Counted from the stretch's first letter, positions 11,179 to 24,000 are shown. The stretch is DNA of 64,000 nt from Dendrobates tinctorius (GCF_039654945.1 NW_027361804.1:3720001-3784000); one strand, 5' to 3'. Made by a program: numbers and translations. The notes: generated by a model from the sequence alone, not told the origin.

Positions 11179-13026
11179 AACTGGGTCTGAGCAGAAAAAG
11201 TAAATTAATGTGCATGCAAAATGAATTTGCATATGAACACATGACCTTTACACAGAGAAAACCAAAAGCAAAACACAAAACAAATATCCTGGAATAAAAA
11301 AGTAAAAAAATATTGCAAAAATTGCATGAAGGTAGTAATAATAGTAATAATAAGGGTATTTAGTTAACATAATTTTGATCAAAATAATGTAGAAGCCATC
11401 CCGCCACGTCACGGCAACCCTTGTGGGACAGTCCTAACTCTTGTATTTAAAACCTTTCCACTTGTCAAGTGACGTAAATGTGAACAAGGACAGAGGGACT
11501 GAACCACCAGTAATAGTATAGGCCAGACAGGATGGATTTTCCAACTCAGAAACAGGGCGGTCACACCCTTATATGCACAGAATGCACAATGAAACAAATG
11601 AGAAACTGGGTCTGAGCAGAAAAAGTAAATTAATGTGCATGCAAAATGAATTTGCATATGAACACATGACCTTTACACAGAGAAAACCAAAAGCAAAACA
11701 CAAAACAAATATCCTGGAATAAAAAAGTAAAAAAATATTGCAAAAATTGCATGAAGGTAGTAATAATAGTAATAATAAGGGTATTTAGTTAACATAATTT
11801 TGATCAAAATAATGTAGAAGCCATCCCGCCACGTCACGGCAACCCTTGTGGGACAGTCCTAACTCTTGTATTTAAAACCTTTCCACTTGTCAAGTGACGT
11901 AAATGTGAACAAGGACAGAGGGACTGAACCACCAGTAATAGTATAGGCCAGACATTTACGTCACTTGACAAGTGGAAAGGTTTTAAATACAAGAGTTAGG
12001 ACTGTCCCACAAGGGTTGCCGTGACGTGGCGGGATGGCTTCTACATTATTTTGATCAAAATTATGTTAACTAAATACCCTTATTATTACTATTATTACTA
12101 CCTTCATGCAATTTTTGCAATATTTTTTTACTTTTTTATTCCAGGATATTTGTTTTGTGTTTTGCTTTTGGTTTTCTCTGTGTAAAGGTCATGTGTTCAT
12201 ATGCAAATTCATTTTGCATGCACATTAATTTACTTTTTCTGCTCAGACCCAGTTTCTCATTTGTTTCATTGTGCATTCTGTGCATATAAGGGTGTGACCG
12301 CCCTGTTTCTGAGTTGGAAAATCCATCCTGTCTGGCCTATACTATTACTGGTGGTTCAGTCCCTCTGTCCTTGTTCACATTTACGTCACTTGACAAGTGG
12401 AAAGGTTTTAAATACAAGAGTTAGGACTGTCCCACAAGGGTTGCCGTGACGTGGCGGGATGGCTTCTACATTATTTTGATCAAAATTATGTTAACTAAAT
12501 ACCCTTATTATTACTATTATTACTACCTTCATGCAATTTTTGCAATATTTTTTTACTTTTTTATTCCAGGATATTTGTTTTGTGTTTTGCTTTTGGTTTT
12601 CTCTGTGTAAAGGTCATGTGTTCATATGCAAATTCATTTTGCATGCACATTAATTTACTTTTTCTGCTCAGACCCAGTTTCTCATTTGTTTCATTGTGCA
12701 TTCTGTGCATATAAGGGTGTGACCGCCCTGTTTCTGAGTTGGAAAATCCATCCTGTCTGGCCTATACTATTACTGGTGGTTCAGTCCCTCTGTCCTTGTT
12801 CACATTTACGTCACTTGACAAGTGGAAAGGTTTTAAATACAAGAGTTAGGACTGTCCCACAAGGGTTGCCGTGACGTGGCGGGATGGCTTCTACATTATT
12901 TTGATCAAAATTATGTTAACTAAATACCCTTATTATTACTATTATTACTACCTTCATGCAATTTTTGCAATATTTTTTTACTTTTTTATTCCAGGATATT
13001 TGTTTTGTGTTTTGCTTTTGGTTTTC
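11177..13026. repeat. Inverted concatemer of a 425-bp unit (1.8 copies inverted plus 2.5 copies direct) inserted in the minisatellite
   Basis: 425-bp period (11177/11602; 12171/12596/13021). Inversion junction at 11952-11954. Flanked by the direct repeat cacagtaataatgtga (11163-11178 and 13026-13041). Confidence 0.9.
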
Positions 13027-15420
13027 ACAGTAATAATGTGATCTACTGACCACTGCACCGTAATAACGAGATCTAATGACCACTGCACCGGAATAATGTG
13101 ATCTACTGACCACTGCACCGTAATATTGAGAGCTAATGACCACTGCACAGTAATAATGTGATCTACTGACCACTGCACCGTAATATTGAGAGCTAATGAC
13201 CACTGCACAGTAATAATGTGATCTACTGACCACTGCACCGTAATAACGAGATCTAATGACCACTGCACAGTAATAATGTGATCTACTGACCACTGCACCG
13301 TAACAATGAGATCTAATGACCACTGCACCGTAACAATGAGATCTAATGACCACTGCACCGTAACAATGAGATCTAATGACCACTGCACCGTAATATTGAG
13401 ATCTACTGACCACTGCACCGTAATAACGAGATCTAATAACCACTGCACCGTAATATTGAGATCTAATGACCACTGCACCGTAATAATGAGATCTAATAAC
13501 CACTGCACCGTAATAATGTGATCTACTGACCACTGCACCGTAATAACGATATAATAACCACTGCACCGTAATAATGAGATCTAATGACCACTGCACCGTA
13601 ATAACGATATAATAACCACTGCACCGTAATAACGATATAATAACCACTGCACCGTAATAATGAGATCTAATGACCACTGCACCGTAATAATGTGATCTAA
13701 TGACCACTGCACCGTAATAATGTGATCTACTGACCACTGCACCGTAATAATGTGATCTACTGACCACTGCACCGTAATAATGAGAGCTAATGACCACTGC
13801 ACAGTAATAATGTGATCTACTGACCACTGCACCGTAATATTGAGAGCTAATGACCACTGCACAGTAATAATGTGATCTACTGACCACTGCACCGTAATAA
13901 CGAGATCTAATAACCACTGCACCGTAATATTGAGATCTAATGACCACTGCACCGTAATAATGATATCTAATAACCACTGCACCGTAATAATGTGATCTAC
14001 TGACCACTGCACCGTAATAACGATATAATAACCACTGCACCGTAATAATGAGATCTAATGACCACTGCACCGTAATAACGATATAATAACCACTGCACCG
14101 TAATAATGAGATCTAATAACCACTGCACCGTAATAATGTGATCTACTGACCACTGCACCGTAATAATGAGATCTAATGACCACTGCACCGTAATAATGTG
14201 ATCTAATAACCACTGCACCGTAACAATGAGATCTAATGACCACTGCACCGTAATAATGTGATCTAATAACCACTGCACCGTAATAATGAGATCTAATGAC
14301 CACTGCACCGTAATAATGAGATCTAATGACCACTGCACCGTAATAATGTGATCTAATAACCACTGCACCGTAATAATGTCATCTAATAACCACTGCACCG
14401 TAATAATGTCATCTAATGACCACTGCACCGTAATAATTTCATCTAATGACCACTGCACCGTAATAATGTGATCTAATAACCACTGCACCGTAACAATGAG
14501 ATCTAATGACCACTGCACCGTAATAATGTGATCTAATAACCACTGCACCGTAATAATGTGATCTAATAACCACTGCACCGTAATAATGAGATCTAATGAC
14601 CACTGCACCGTAATAATGTCATCTAATGACCACTGCACCGTAATAACGATATAATAACCACTGCACCGTAATAATGTGATCTAATGACCACTGCACCGTA
14701 ATAATGAGATCTAATGACCACTGCACCGTAATAATGTGATCTAATGACCACTGCACCGTAATAATGTGATCTAATGACCACTGCACCGTAATAATGAGAT
14801 CTAATGACCACTGTACCGCAACAACGATGTAATAACCACTGCAACGCAACAACGATGTAATAACCACTGCACCGCAACAACGATGTAATAACCTCTGCAC
14901 CGCAACAAAGATGTAATAACCACTGCACCGCAACAAAGATGTAATAACCTCTGCACCGCAACAACGATGTAATAACCTCTGCACCGCAACAAAGATGTAA
15001 TAACCTCTGCAATGCAACAAAGATGTAATAACCACTGCACCGCAACAAAGATGTAATAACCTCTGCACCGCAACAACGATGTAATAACCTCTGCACCGCA
15101 ACAACGATGTAATAACCACTGCACCGCAACAACGATATAATAACCACTGCACCGCAACAACGATGTAATAACCTCTGCACCGCAACAAAGATGTAATAAC
15201 CTCTGCACCGCAACAACAATATAATAACCACTGCACCGCAACAACGATGTAATAACCACTGCACCGCAACAACGATGTAATAACCACTGCACCGCAACAA
15301 CGATGTAATAACCTCTGCACCGCAACAACAATGTAATAACCACTGCACCGCAATAACAATATAATAACCTCTGCACCGCAACAACGATGTAATAACCACT
15401 GCACCGCAACAAAGATGTAA
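13026..15420. repeat. 28/30-bp minisatellite, right part
   Basis: Same family as 10474-11178; switches to the variant accactgcaccgcaacaacgatgtaata after about 14815. Confidence 0.95.
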
Positions 15421-16889
15421 TATGTCTTATATTCTAGGTTCTTCAGAGTAGCCACCTTTTGCTTTGATTACTGCTTTGCACACTCTTGGCATTCTCTTGA
15501 TGAGCTTCAAGAGGTAGTCACCGGAAATGGTTTTCACTTCACAGGTGTGCCCTGTCAGGTTTAATAAGTGGGATTTCCTGCCTTATAAATGGGGTTGGGA
15601 CCATCAGTTGTGTTGTGCAGAAGTCTGGTGGATACACAGCTGATAGTCCTACTGAATAGACTGTTAGCTGCTTTTTTCTTGCCATAAAACAAATTCTAAG
15701 TAAAGAAAAGCGAGCTGCCATCATTACTTTAAGAAATGAAGGTAAGTTAGTCTGAAAAATTGGGAAAACTTTGAAAGTGTCCCCAAGTGCAGTGACAAAA
15801 ACCATCAAGCGCTACAAAGAAACTGGCTCACATGAGGACCGCCTGAGGAAAGGAAGACCAAGAGTCACCTCCGCTGCGGAGGATAAGTTCATCCGAGTCA
15901 CCAGCCTCAGAAATCGCAGGTTAACAGCAGCTCAGATTAGAGACCAGGTCAATGCCACACAGAGTTCTAGCAGCAGACACATCTCTACAACAACTGTTAA
16001 GAGGAGACTTTGTGCAGCAGGCCTTCATGGTAAAATAGCTGCTAGGAAACCACTGCTAAGGACAGGCCACAAGCAGAAGAGACTTGTTTGGGCTAAAGAA
16101 CACAAGGAATGGACATTAGACCAGTGGAAATCTGTGCTTTGGTCTGATGAGTCCACATGTGAGATCTTTGGTTCCAACCACCGTGCCTTTGTGCGACACA
16201 GAAAAGGTGATCGGATGGACTCTACATGCCTGGTTCCCACCGTGAAGCATGGAGGAGGAGGTGTGATGGTGTGCGGGGGCTTTGCTGGTGACACTGTTGG
16301 GGATTTACTCAAAACTGAAGGCATACTGAACCAGCATGGCTACCACAGCATCTTGCAGCGGCATGCTATTCCATCCGGTTTGTGTTTAGTTGGACCATCA
16401 TTTATTTTTCAACAGGACAATGACCTCAAACCCACCTCCAGGCTGTGTAAGGGCTATCTGACCAAGAAGGAGAGTGATGGGGCGCTACGCCAGATGACCT
16501 GGCCTCCACAGTCACCAGACCTGAACCCAATCGAGATGGTTTGGGGTGAGCTGGACCGCAGAGTGAAGGCAAAAGGGCCAACAAGTGCTAAGCATCTCTG
16601 GGAACTCCTACAAGACTGGTGGAAGACCATTTCCGGTGACTACCTCTTGAAGCTCATCAAGAGAATGCAAAGAGTGTGCAAAGCTCAAAGCAAAAGGTGG
16701 CTACTGTGAAGAACCAAGAATATAAGACATATTTTCAGTTGTTTCACACTTTTTTTGTTAATTATATAATTCCACATGTGGTAATTCATAGTTTTGATGC
16801 CTTCAGAGTGAATCTACAATTTTCATAGTCATGAAAATAAAGAAAACTCTATGAATGAGAAGGTGTGTCCAAACTTTTGGTCTGTACCG
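15420..16889 (+). mobile_element. Tc1/mariner DNA transposon, DD38E (Intruder-type), left terminal inverted repeat (TIR) truncated
   Basis: Right TIR ...gtgtgtccaaacttttggtctgtaccg|TA. The inner-TIR match tatgtcttatattctaggttcttca (15421) pairs with about 16707-16731. Contains a transposase ORF. Confidence 0.92.
15668..16709 (+). pseudogene. Disabled Tc1-family transposase
   Basis: GRPR, WSDE, FQQDND and SPDLNPIE motifs. Start region inverted (15668-15695); in-frame TGA at 15753; apparent C-terminal frameshift after RVCKA. Confidence 0.88.
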
Positions 16890-17289
16890 TATACATGTAC
16901 ACAGTGTATTACATATTTACAATTTATTAGTTTTTTGTTCTAAAGTCGTATTCCAATAGATATTATGTTCTATCTAAATATCTTGATTATTGGATCATAG
17001 AAATGATGAAATGTCGGATGTTCACATTGTACAATATATTTTTCACTTAAATATAAGCAATATATGTGGGAGTCGGAGTCGGTGGAAGGGAAATTGAGGA
17101 GTCGGAGTCGCAGGTTTGGCTTACCGACCCCTCAGCCCTGACCGCAACAACGGTGTAATAATGTGATCTAATCACACTGGAATTACAGCCCCGCACAGTA
17201 TAACGCTGTAGCACCACGCCATGCTGGGACACTGGCTGGTGTGGCTGCTCCTTGTGGTTCCCCTGCTCCAGGCCCATCATAACCTTTAT

Positions 17290-17760
17290 GAAAAGAGATG
17301 GCGGTATAACAGGCTAATGGCGCTGTTGCCCTTAGCAACCAGTTTCCATCTCCAATCTTGATGAAAGGCACGCCCTGATTGGTTGCTATGGGTAACCACT
17401 CGCCCTTTGTCTGTGGGAAGCGCACCAATCACAGGGCGCGTTTTGTTGCCGCCCGCCGCTGGAGTGTAAGGAGTTGGTCTACAACAATATGGCGGCGGCG
17501 GCGGCGACGGCTCTGTCTGAGTAGAGGACATGATTGATAACACCCCGCACTGTCCCCGCCACCAGTCCTGTACTGGAGCCGCTCCGCCCCCTGGTGGCGT
17601 GCTGCCAAACGACTTTTACATAACAGTTCTGACGTAGTTCTACAGACGACGCAGCAGCGCGGGTGTTGATGGGAGATGTAGTCCGCGCTGTTGTATTTTT
17701 CTAACAAGTCTGTTAACTGGAGAACTACAGTTCCCATGAGGTACAGCGCCACTTCCGGAT
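17290..17760 (+). promoter_or_regulatory. Putative CREBL2 housekeeping-type CpG promoter
   Basis: YY1-like AATATGGCGGC (17486); CTCF CCGCCCCCTGGTGGC (17584-17598); two opposed ACTACAnnTCCCA ZNF143/THAP11 motifs (17670-17682 minus, 17724-17736 plus); ETS CACTTCCGG (17750); CCAAT boxes. Confidence 0.7.
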
Positions 17761-17889
17761 TAAAGCTCAGGAGTCAGCTGAGCTATTGTAAACAAACTGA
17801 GCTCTCCCACAAAAGTCTTTGTAGAGCTGGAGCAGGGGCCCCAGGACGAGTCAGGGGCCCGGCCAGGCTTCATACAAGGGATCAGCAAG

Positions 17890-17904
17890 ATGGAGGAAAG
17901 CAAG
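17890..17904 (+). CDS. CREBL2: CREBL2 coding exon 1 (MEESK)
   Basis: ATG GAG GAA AGC AAG|GTAAGA; corresponds to the mammalian N-terminus MDDSK and joins exon 2 in phase 0. Absent from the ORF track. Confidence 0.85.
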
Positions 17905-18084
17905 GTAAGAGCCTGACACCCCCAACCTGTGTAATGTCCATCACACCCAGGAAAGTGGTCACTGGACTCATCTGCGGGGATGGAGGGGCCCCTGAGAGCC
18001 ACACAGGAGGGAGAAGTCCCCCGGGCTGGACACCAAACATGCAGCAGAGTGGTGAGCGCTGCTCGGGATGCGACTGGAGTAATG

Positions 18085-21000
18085 AACGCGCAGGAGGCGT
18101 GAGCGTGCCGGTACTATGGACGCGCAGGAGGCGTGAGCGTACCCGTAATATGGACGCGCAGGAGGCGTGAGCGTGCCGGTACTATGGACGCGCAGGAGGT
18201 GTGAGCGTGCCGGTACTATGGACGCGTAGGAGGCGTGAGCGTGCCCGTACTATGGACGCGCAGGAGGCGTGAGCGTGCCCGTACTATGGACGCGCAGGAG
18301 GCGTGAGCGTGCCCGTACTATGGACGCGCAGGAGGCGTGAGCGTACCCGTAATATGGATGCAGGAGGCGTGAGCGTGCCGGTACTATGGACGCGCAGGAG
18401 GCGTGAGCGTGCCGGTACTATGGACACGCAGGAGGCGTGAGCGTGCCGGTACTATGGACGAGCAGGAGGCGTGAGCGTGCCGGTACTATGGACGCGCAGG
18501 AGACGTGACCGTGCCGGTACTATGGACGCAGGAGGCGTGAGCATGGCGGTACTGTGGACACGCAGGAGACGTGAGCGTGCCCGTAATATGGACGCAGGAG
18601 GCGTGAGCGTGCCAGTACTATAGTTGCGCAGGAGATGTAAGCGTGCCCGTAATATGGACGCAGGAGGCGTGAGCGTGGCGGTACTATGGACGCGCAGGAG
18701 ACGTGAGCGTGCCCATAATATGGACGCAGGAGGCGTGAGCGTGCCGGTACTATGGACGCGAAGGAGACGTGAGCGTGCCTGTACTATGGACTCGCAGGAG
18801 ACGTGAGCGTGTCCGTAATATGGACGCAGGAGGTGTGAGCGTGCCGGTACAATGGACGAGCAGGAGGTGTGAGCGTAACGGTACTATGGACGCGCAGGAG
18901 ACGCGAGTGTGCCGGTACTATGGACGCAGGAGGTGTGAGCGTGTCGGTTCTATGGACGCAGGAGGTGTGAGCGTGCCAGTAATATGGACGCGCATGAGAT
19001 GTGAGCGTGCCAGTACTACGGACGCAGGAGGTATGAGCATGCCGGTAATATGGATGCGCAGGAGGTGTGAGCGTGCCGGTAATATGGACGCGCAGGAGGT
19101 GTGAGCGTGACAGTACTATTGACGCGCAGGAGGCGTGACCGAGCAGGTACTATGGACGTGCAGGAGGCGTGAGCGTGCAGGTACTATGGACGTGCAGGAG
19201 GTGCGAGCGTGACGGTAATATGGATGCGCAGGAAGTGCGAGCGTGACGGTACTATGGACGCGCAGAAGGTGTGAGCGTGCCGGTACTATGGACGTGCAGA
19301 AGGTGTGAGCGTGCCGGTACTATGGACGCGCAGAAGGTGTGAGCGTGCCGGTACTATGGACGTGCAGAAGGTGTGAGCGTGCCCGTACTATGGACGCGCA
19401 GGAGGCGTGAGCGTGCCCGTACTATGGACGCGCAGGAGGCGTGAGCGTGCCCGTACTATGGACGCGCAGGAGGCGTGAGCGTGCCCGTACTATGGACGCG
19501 CAGGAGGCGTGAGCGTGCCCGTACTATGGACGCGCAGGAGGCGTGAGCGTGCCCGTACTATGGACGCGCAGGAGGCGTGAGCGTGCCCGTACTATGGACG
19601 CGCAGGAGGCGTGAGCGTGCCCGTACTATGGACGCGCAGGAGGCGTGAGCGTGCCCGTACTATGGACGCGCAGGAGGCGTGAGCGTGCCCGTACTATGGA
19701 CGCAGGAGGCGTGAGCGTACCGGTACTATGAACGCGCAGGAGGCGTGAGCGTGCCGGTACTATGGACGCGCAGGAGGCGTGAGCGTACCCGTAATATGGA
19801 CGCGCAGGAGGCGTGAGCGTGCCGGTACTATGGACGCGCAGGAGGCGTGAGTGTGCCGGTACTATGGACGCGTAGGAGGCGTGAGCGTGCCCGTACTATG
19901 GACGCGCAGGAGGCGTGAGCGTGCCCGTACTATGGACGCGCAGGAGGCGTGAGCGTACCCGTAATATGGATGCAGGAGGCGTGAGCGTGCCGGTACTATG
20001 GACGCGCAGGAGGCGTGAGCGTGCCGATACTATGGACGAGCAGGAGGCGTGAGCGTGCCGGTACTATGGACGCGCAGGAGACGTGACCGTGCCGGTACTA
20101 TGGACGCAGGAGGCGTGAGCATGGCGGTACTGTGGACACGCAGGAGACGTGAGCGTGCCCGTAATATGGACGCAGGAGGCGTGAGCGTGCCAGTACTATA
20201 GTTGCGCAGGAGATGTAAGCGTGCCCGTAATATGGACGCAGGAGGCGTGAGCGTGCCCATAATATGGACGCAGGAGGCGTGAGCGTGCCGGTACTATGGA
20301 CGCGAAGGAGACGTGAGCGTGCCTGTACTATGGACGCGCAGGAGACGTGAGCGTGTCCGTAATATGGACGCAGGAGGTGTGAGCGTGCCGGTACAATGGA
20401 CGAGCAGGAGGTGTGAGCGTAACGGTACTATGGACGCGCAGGAGACGCGAGTGTGCCGGTACTATGGACGCAGGAGGTGTGAGCGTGTCGGTTCTATGGA
20501 CGCAGGAGGTGTGAGCGTGCCAGTAATATGGACGCGCATGAGATGTGAGCGTGCCAGTACTACGGACGCAGGAGGTATGAGCATGCCGGTAATATGGATG
20601 CGCAGGAGGTGTGAGCGTGCCGGTAATATGGACGCGCAGGAGGTGTGAGCGTGACAGTACTATTGACGCGCAGGAGGCGTGACCGAGCAGGTACTATGGA
20701 CGTGCAGGAGGCGTGAGCGTGCAGGTACTATGACGCGCAGGAGGCGTGACCGAGCAGGTACTATGGACGTGCAGGTACTATGGACGTGCAGGAGGTGCGA
20801 GCGTGACGGTAATATGGATGCGCAGGAAGTGCGAGCGTGACGGTACTATGGACGCGCAGAAGGTGTGAGCGTGCCGGTACTATGGACGCGCAGAAGGTGT
20901 GAGCGTGCCGGTACTATGGACGCGCAGAAGGTGTGAGCGTGCCGGTACTATGGACGCGCAGAAGGTGTGAGCGTGCCGGTACTATGGACGCAGGAGGCGT

Positions 21001-24000
21001 GAGCGTGCCGGTACTATGGACACAGGAGGCGTGAGCGTGCCGGTACTATGGACGCGCAGGAGGCGTGAGCGTGCCCGTACTATGGACGCGCAGGAGGCGT
21101 GAGCGTGCCCGTACTATGGAGGCGCAGGAGGCGTGAGCGTGCCCGTACTATGGAGGCGCAGGAGGCGTGAGCGTGCCCGTACTATGGACGCGCAGGAGGC
21201 GTGAGCGTGCCCGTACTATGGACGCGCAGGAGGCGTGAGCGTGCCGGTACTATGGACGAGCAGGAGGCGTGAGCGTGCCGGTACTATGGACGCGCAGGAG
21301 ACGTGACCGTGCCGGTACTATGGACGCAGGAGGCGTGAGCATGGCGGTACTGTGGACACGCAGGAGACGTGAGCGTGCCCGTAATATGGACGCAGGAGGC
21401 GTGAGCGTGCCAGTACTATAGTTGCGCAGGAGATGTAAGCGTGCCCGTAATATGGACGCAGGAGGCGTGAGCGTGCCCATAATATGGACGCAGGAGGCGT
21501 GAGCGTGCCGGTACTATGGATGCGAAGGAGACGTGAGCGTGCCTGTACTATGGACGCGCAGGAGACGTGAGCGTGTCCGTAATATGGACGCAGGAGGTGT
21601 GAGCGTGCCGGTACAATGGACGAGCAGGAGGTGTGAGCGTAACGGTACTATGGACGCGCAGGAGACGCGAGTGTGCCGGTACTATGGACGCAGGAGGTGT
21701 GAGCGTGTCGGTTCTATGGACGCAGGAGGTGTGAGCGTGCCAGTAATATGGACGCGCATGAGATGTGAGCGTGCCAGTACTACGGACGCAGGAGGTATGA
21801 GCATGCCGGTAATATGGATGCGCAGGAGGTGTGAGCGTGCCGGTAATATGGACGCGCAGGAGGTGTGAGCGTGACAGTACTATTGACGCGCAGGAGGCGT
21901 GACCGAGCAGGTACTATGGACGTGCAGGAGGCGTGAGCGTGCAGGTACTATGACGCGCAGGAGGCGTGACCGAGCAGGTACTATGGACGTGCAGGTACTA
22001 TGGACGTGCAGGAGGTGCGAGCGTGACGGTAATATGGATGCGCAGGAAGTGCGAGCGTGACGGTACTATGGACGCGCAGAAGGTGTGAGCGTGCCGGTAC
22101 TATGGACGCGCAGAAGGTGTGAGCGTGCCGGTACTATGGACGCGCAGAAGGTGTGAGCGTGCCGGTACTATGGACGTGCAGAAGGTGTGAGCATGCCGGT
22201 ACTATGGACGCAGGAGGTGTGAGCGTGCCGGTACTATGGACGCGCAGGAGGCGTGAGCGTGCCGGTACTATGGACGCGCAGGAGGCGTGAGCGTGCCCGT
22301 ACTATGGACGCGCAGGAGGCGTGAGCGTGCCCGTACTATGGACGCGCAGGAGGCGTGAGCGTGCCCGTACTATGGACGCGCAGGAGGCGTGAGCGTGCCC
22401 GTACTATGGACGCGCAGGAGGCGTGAGCGTGCCCGTACTATGGACGCGCAGGAGGCGTGAGCGTGCCCGTACTATGGACGCGCAGGAGGCGTGAGCGTGC
22501 CCGTACTATGGACGCGCAGGAGGCGTGAGCGTGCCCGTACTATGGACGCGCAGGAGGCGTGAGCGTACCCGTAATATGGACGCAGGAGGCGTGAGCGGTG
22601 CCAGTACTATGGACGCGCAGGAGGCGTGAGCGTGCCGGTAGTATGGACGCGCAGGAGGCGTGAGCGTGCCGGTACTATGGACGAGCAGGAGGCGTGAGCG
22701 TGCCGGTACTATGGACGCGCAGGAGGCGTGAGCGTGCCCGTACTATGGACGCGCAGGAGGCGTGAGCGTGCCCGTACTATGGACGCGCAGGAGGCGTGAG
22801 CGTGCCCGTACTATGGACGCGCAGGAGGCGTGAGCGTGCCCGTACTATGGACGCGCAGGAGGCGTGAGCTTGCCCGTACTATGGACGCGCAGGAGGCGTG
22901 AGCGTGCCCGTACTATGGACGCGCAGGAGGCGTGAGCGTGCCCGTACTATGGACGCGCAGGAGGCGTGAGCGTGCCCGTACTATGGACGCGCAGGAGGAG
23001 TGAGCGTGCCCGTACTATGGACGCGCAGGAGGCGTGAGCGTGCCCGTACTATGGACGCGCAGGAGGCGTGAGCGTGCCCGTACTATGGACGCGCAGGAGG
23101 CGTGAGCGTACCCGTAATATGGACGCAGGAGGCGTGAGCGGTGCCAGTACTATGGACGCGCAGGAGGCGTGAGCGTGCCGGTACTATGGACGCGCAGGAG
23201 GCGTGAGCGTGCCGGTACTATGGACGAGCAGGAGGCGTGAGCGTGCCGGTACTATGGACACGCAGGAGACGTGACCGTGCCGGTACTATGGACGCCGGAG
23301 GCGTGAGCATGGCGGTACTGTGGACACGCAGGAGGCGTGAGCGTGCCCGTAATATGGACGCAGGAGGCGTGAGCGTGCCAGTACTATAGACGCGCAGGAG
23401 ATGTAAGCGTGCCCGTAATATGGACGCAGGAGGCGTGAGCATGGCGGTACTATGGACGCTCAGGAGACGTGAGCGTGCCCATAATATGGACGCAGAAGGC
23501 GTGAGCGTGCCGGTACTATGGACGCGCAGGAGACGTGAGCGTACCCGTAATATGGACGCAGGAGGTGTGAGCGTGCCTGTACTATGGACGCGCAGGAGAC
23601 GTGAGCGTGCCCGTAATATGGACGCAGAAGGCGTGAGCGTGCCGGTACTATGGACGCGCAGGAGACGTGAGCGTACCCGTAATATGGACGCAGAAGGCGT
23701 GAGCGTGCCTGTACTATGGACGCGCAGGAGACGTGAGCGTGCCCGTAATATGGACGCAGGAGGTGTGAGCGTGCCGGTACAATGGACGAGCAGGAGGTGT
23801 GAGCGTATCGGTACTATGGACGCGCAGGAGACGCGAGCGTGCCGGTACTATGGACGCAGGAGGTGTGAGCGTGTCGGTTCTATGGACGCAGGAGGTGTGA
23901 GCGTGCCAGTAATATGGACGTGCATGAGATGTGAGCGTGCCAGTACTACGGACGCAGGAGGTATGAGCATGCCGGTAATATGGATGTGCAGGAGGTGTGA

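Noticed and set aside
11435-11505. Twister- or hairpin-ribozyme resemblance in the 425-bp unit (cagtccTAActct...GAGGGactg; GACAGTCCT)
   Set aside because: The required pseudoknot and loop pairings could not be built consistently by eye; a covariance-model search is needed.
11409-12874. Repeated 82-aa ORF MQIHFACTLIYFFC...
   Set aside because: It recurs only because the 425-bp unit is repeated; no recognisable protein features.
10474-15420. CRISPR-like look of the short regular repeats
   Set aside because: Units are contiguous with no unique spacers, there are no cas genes, and the context is vertebrate.
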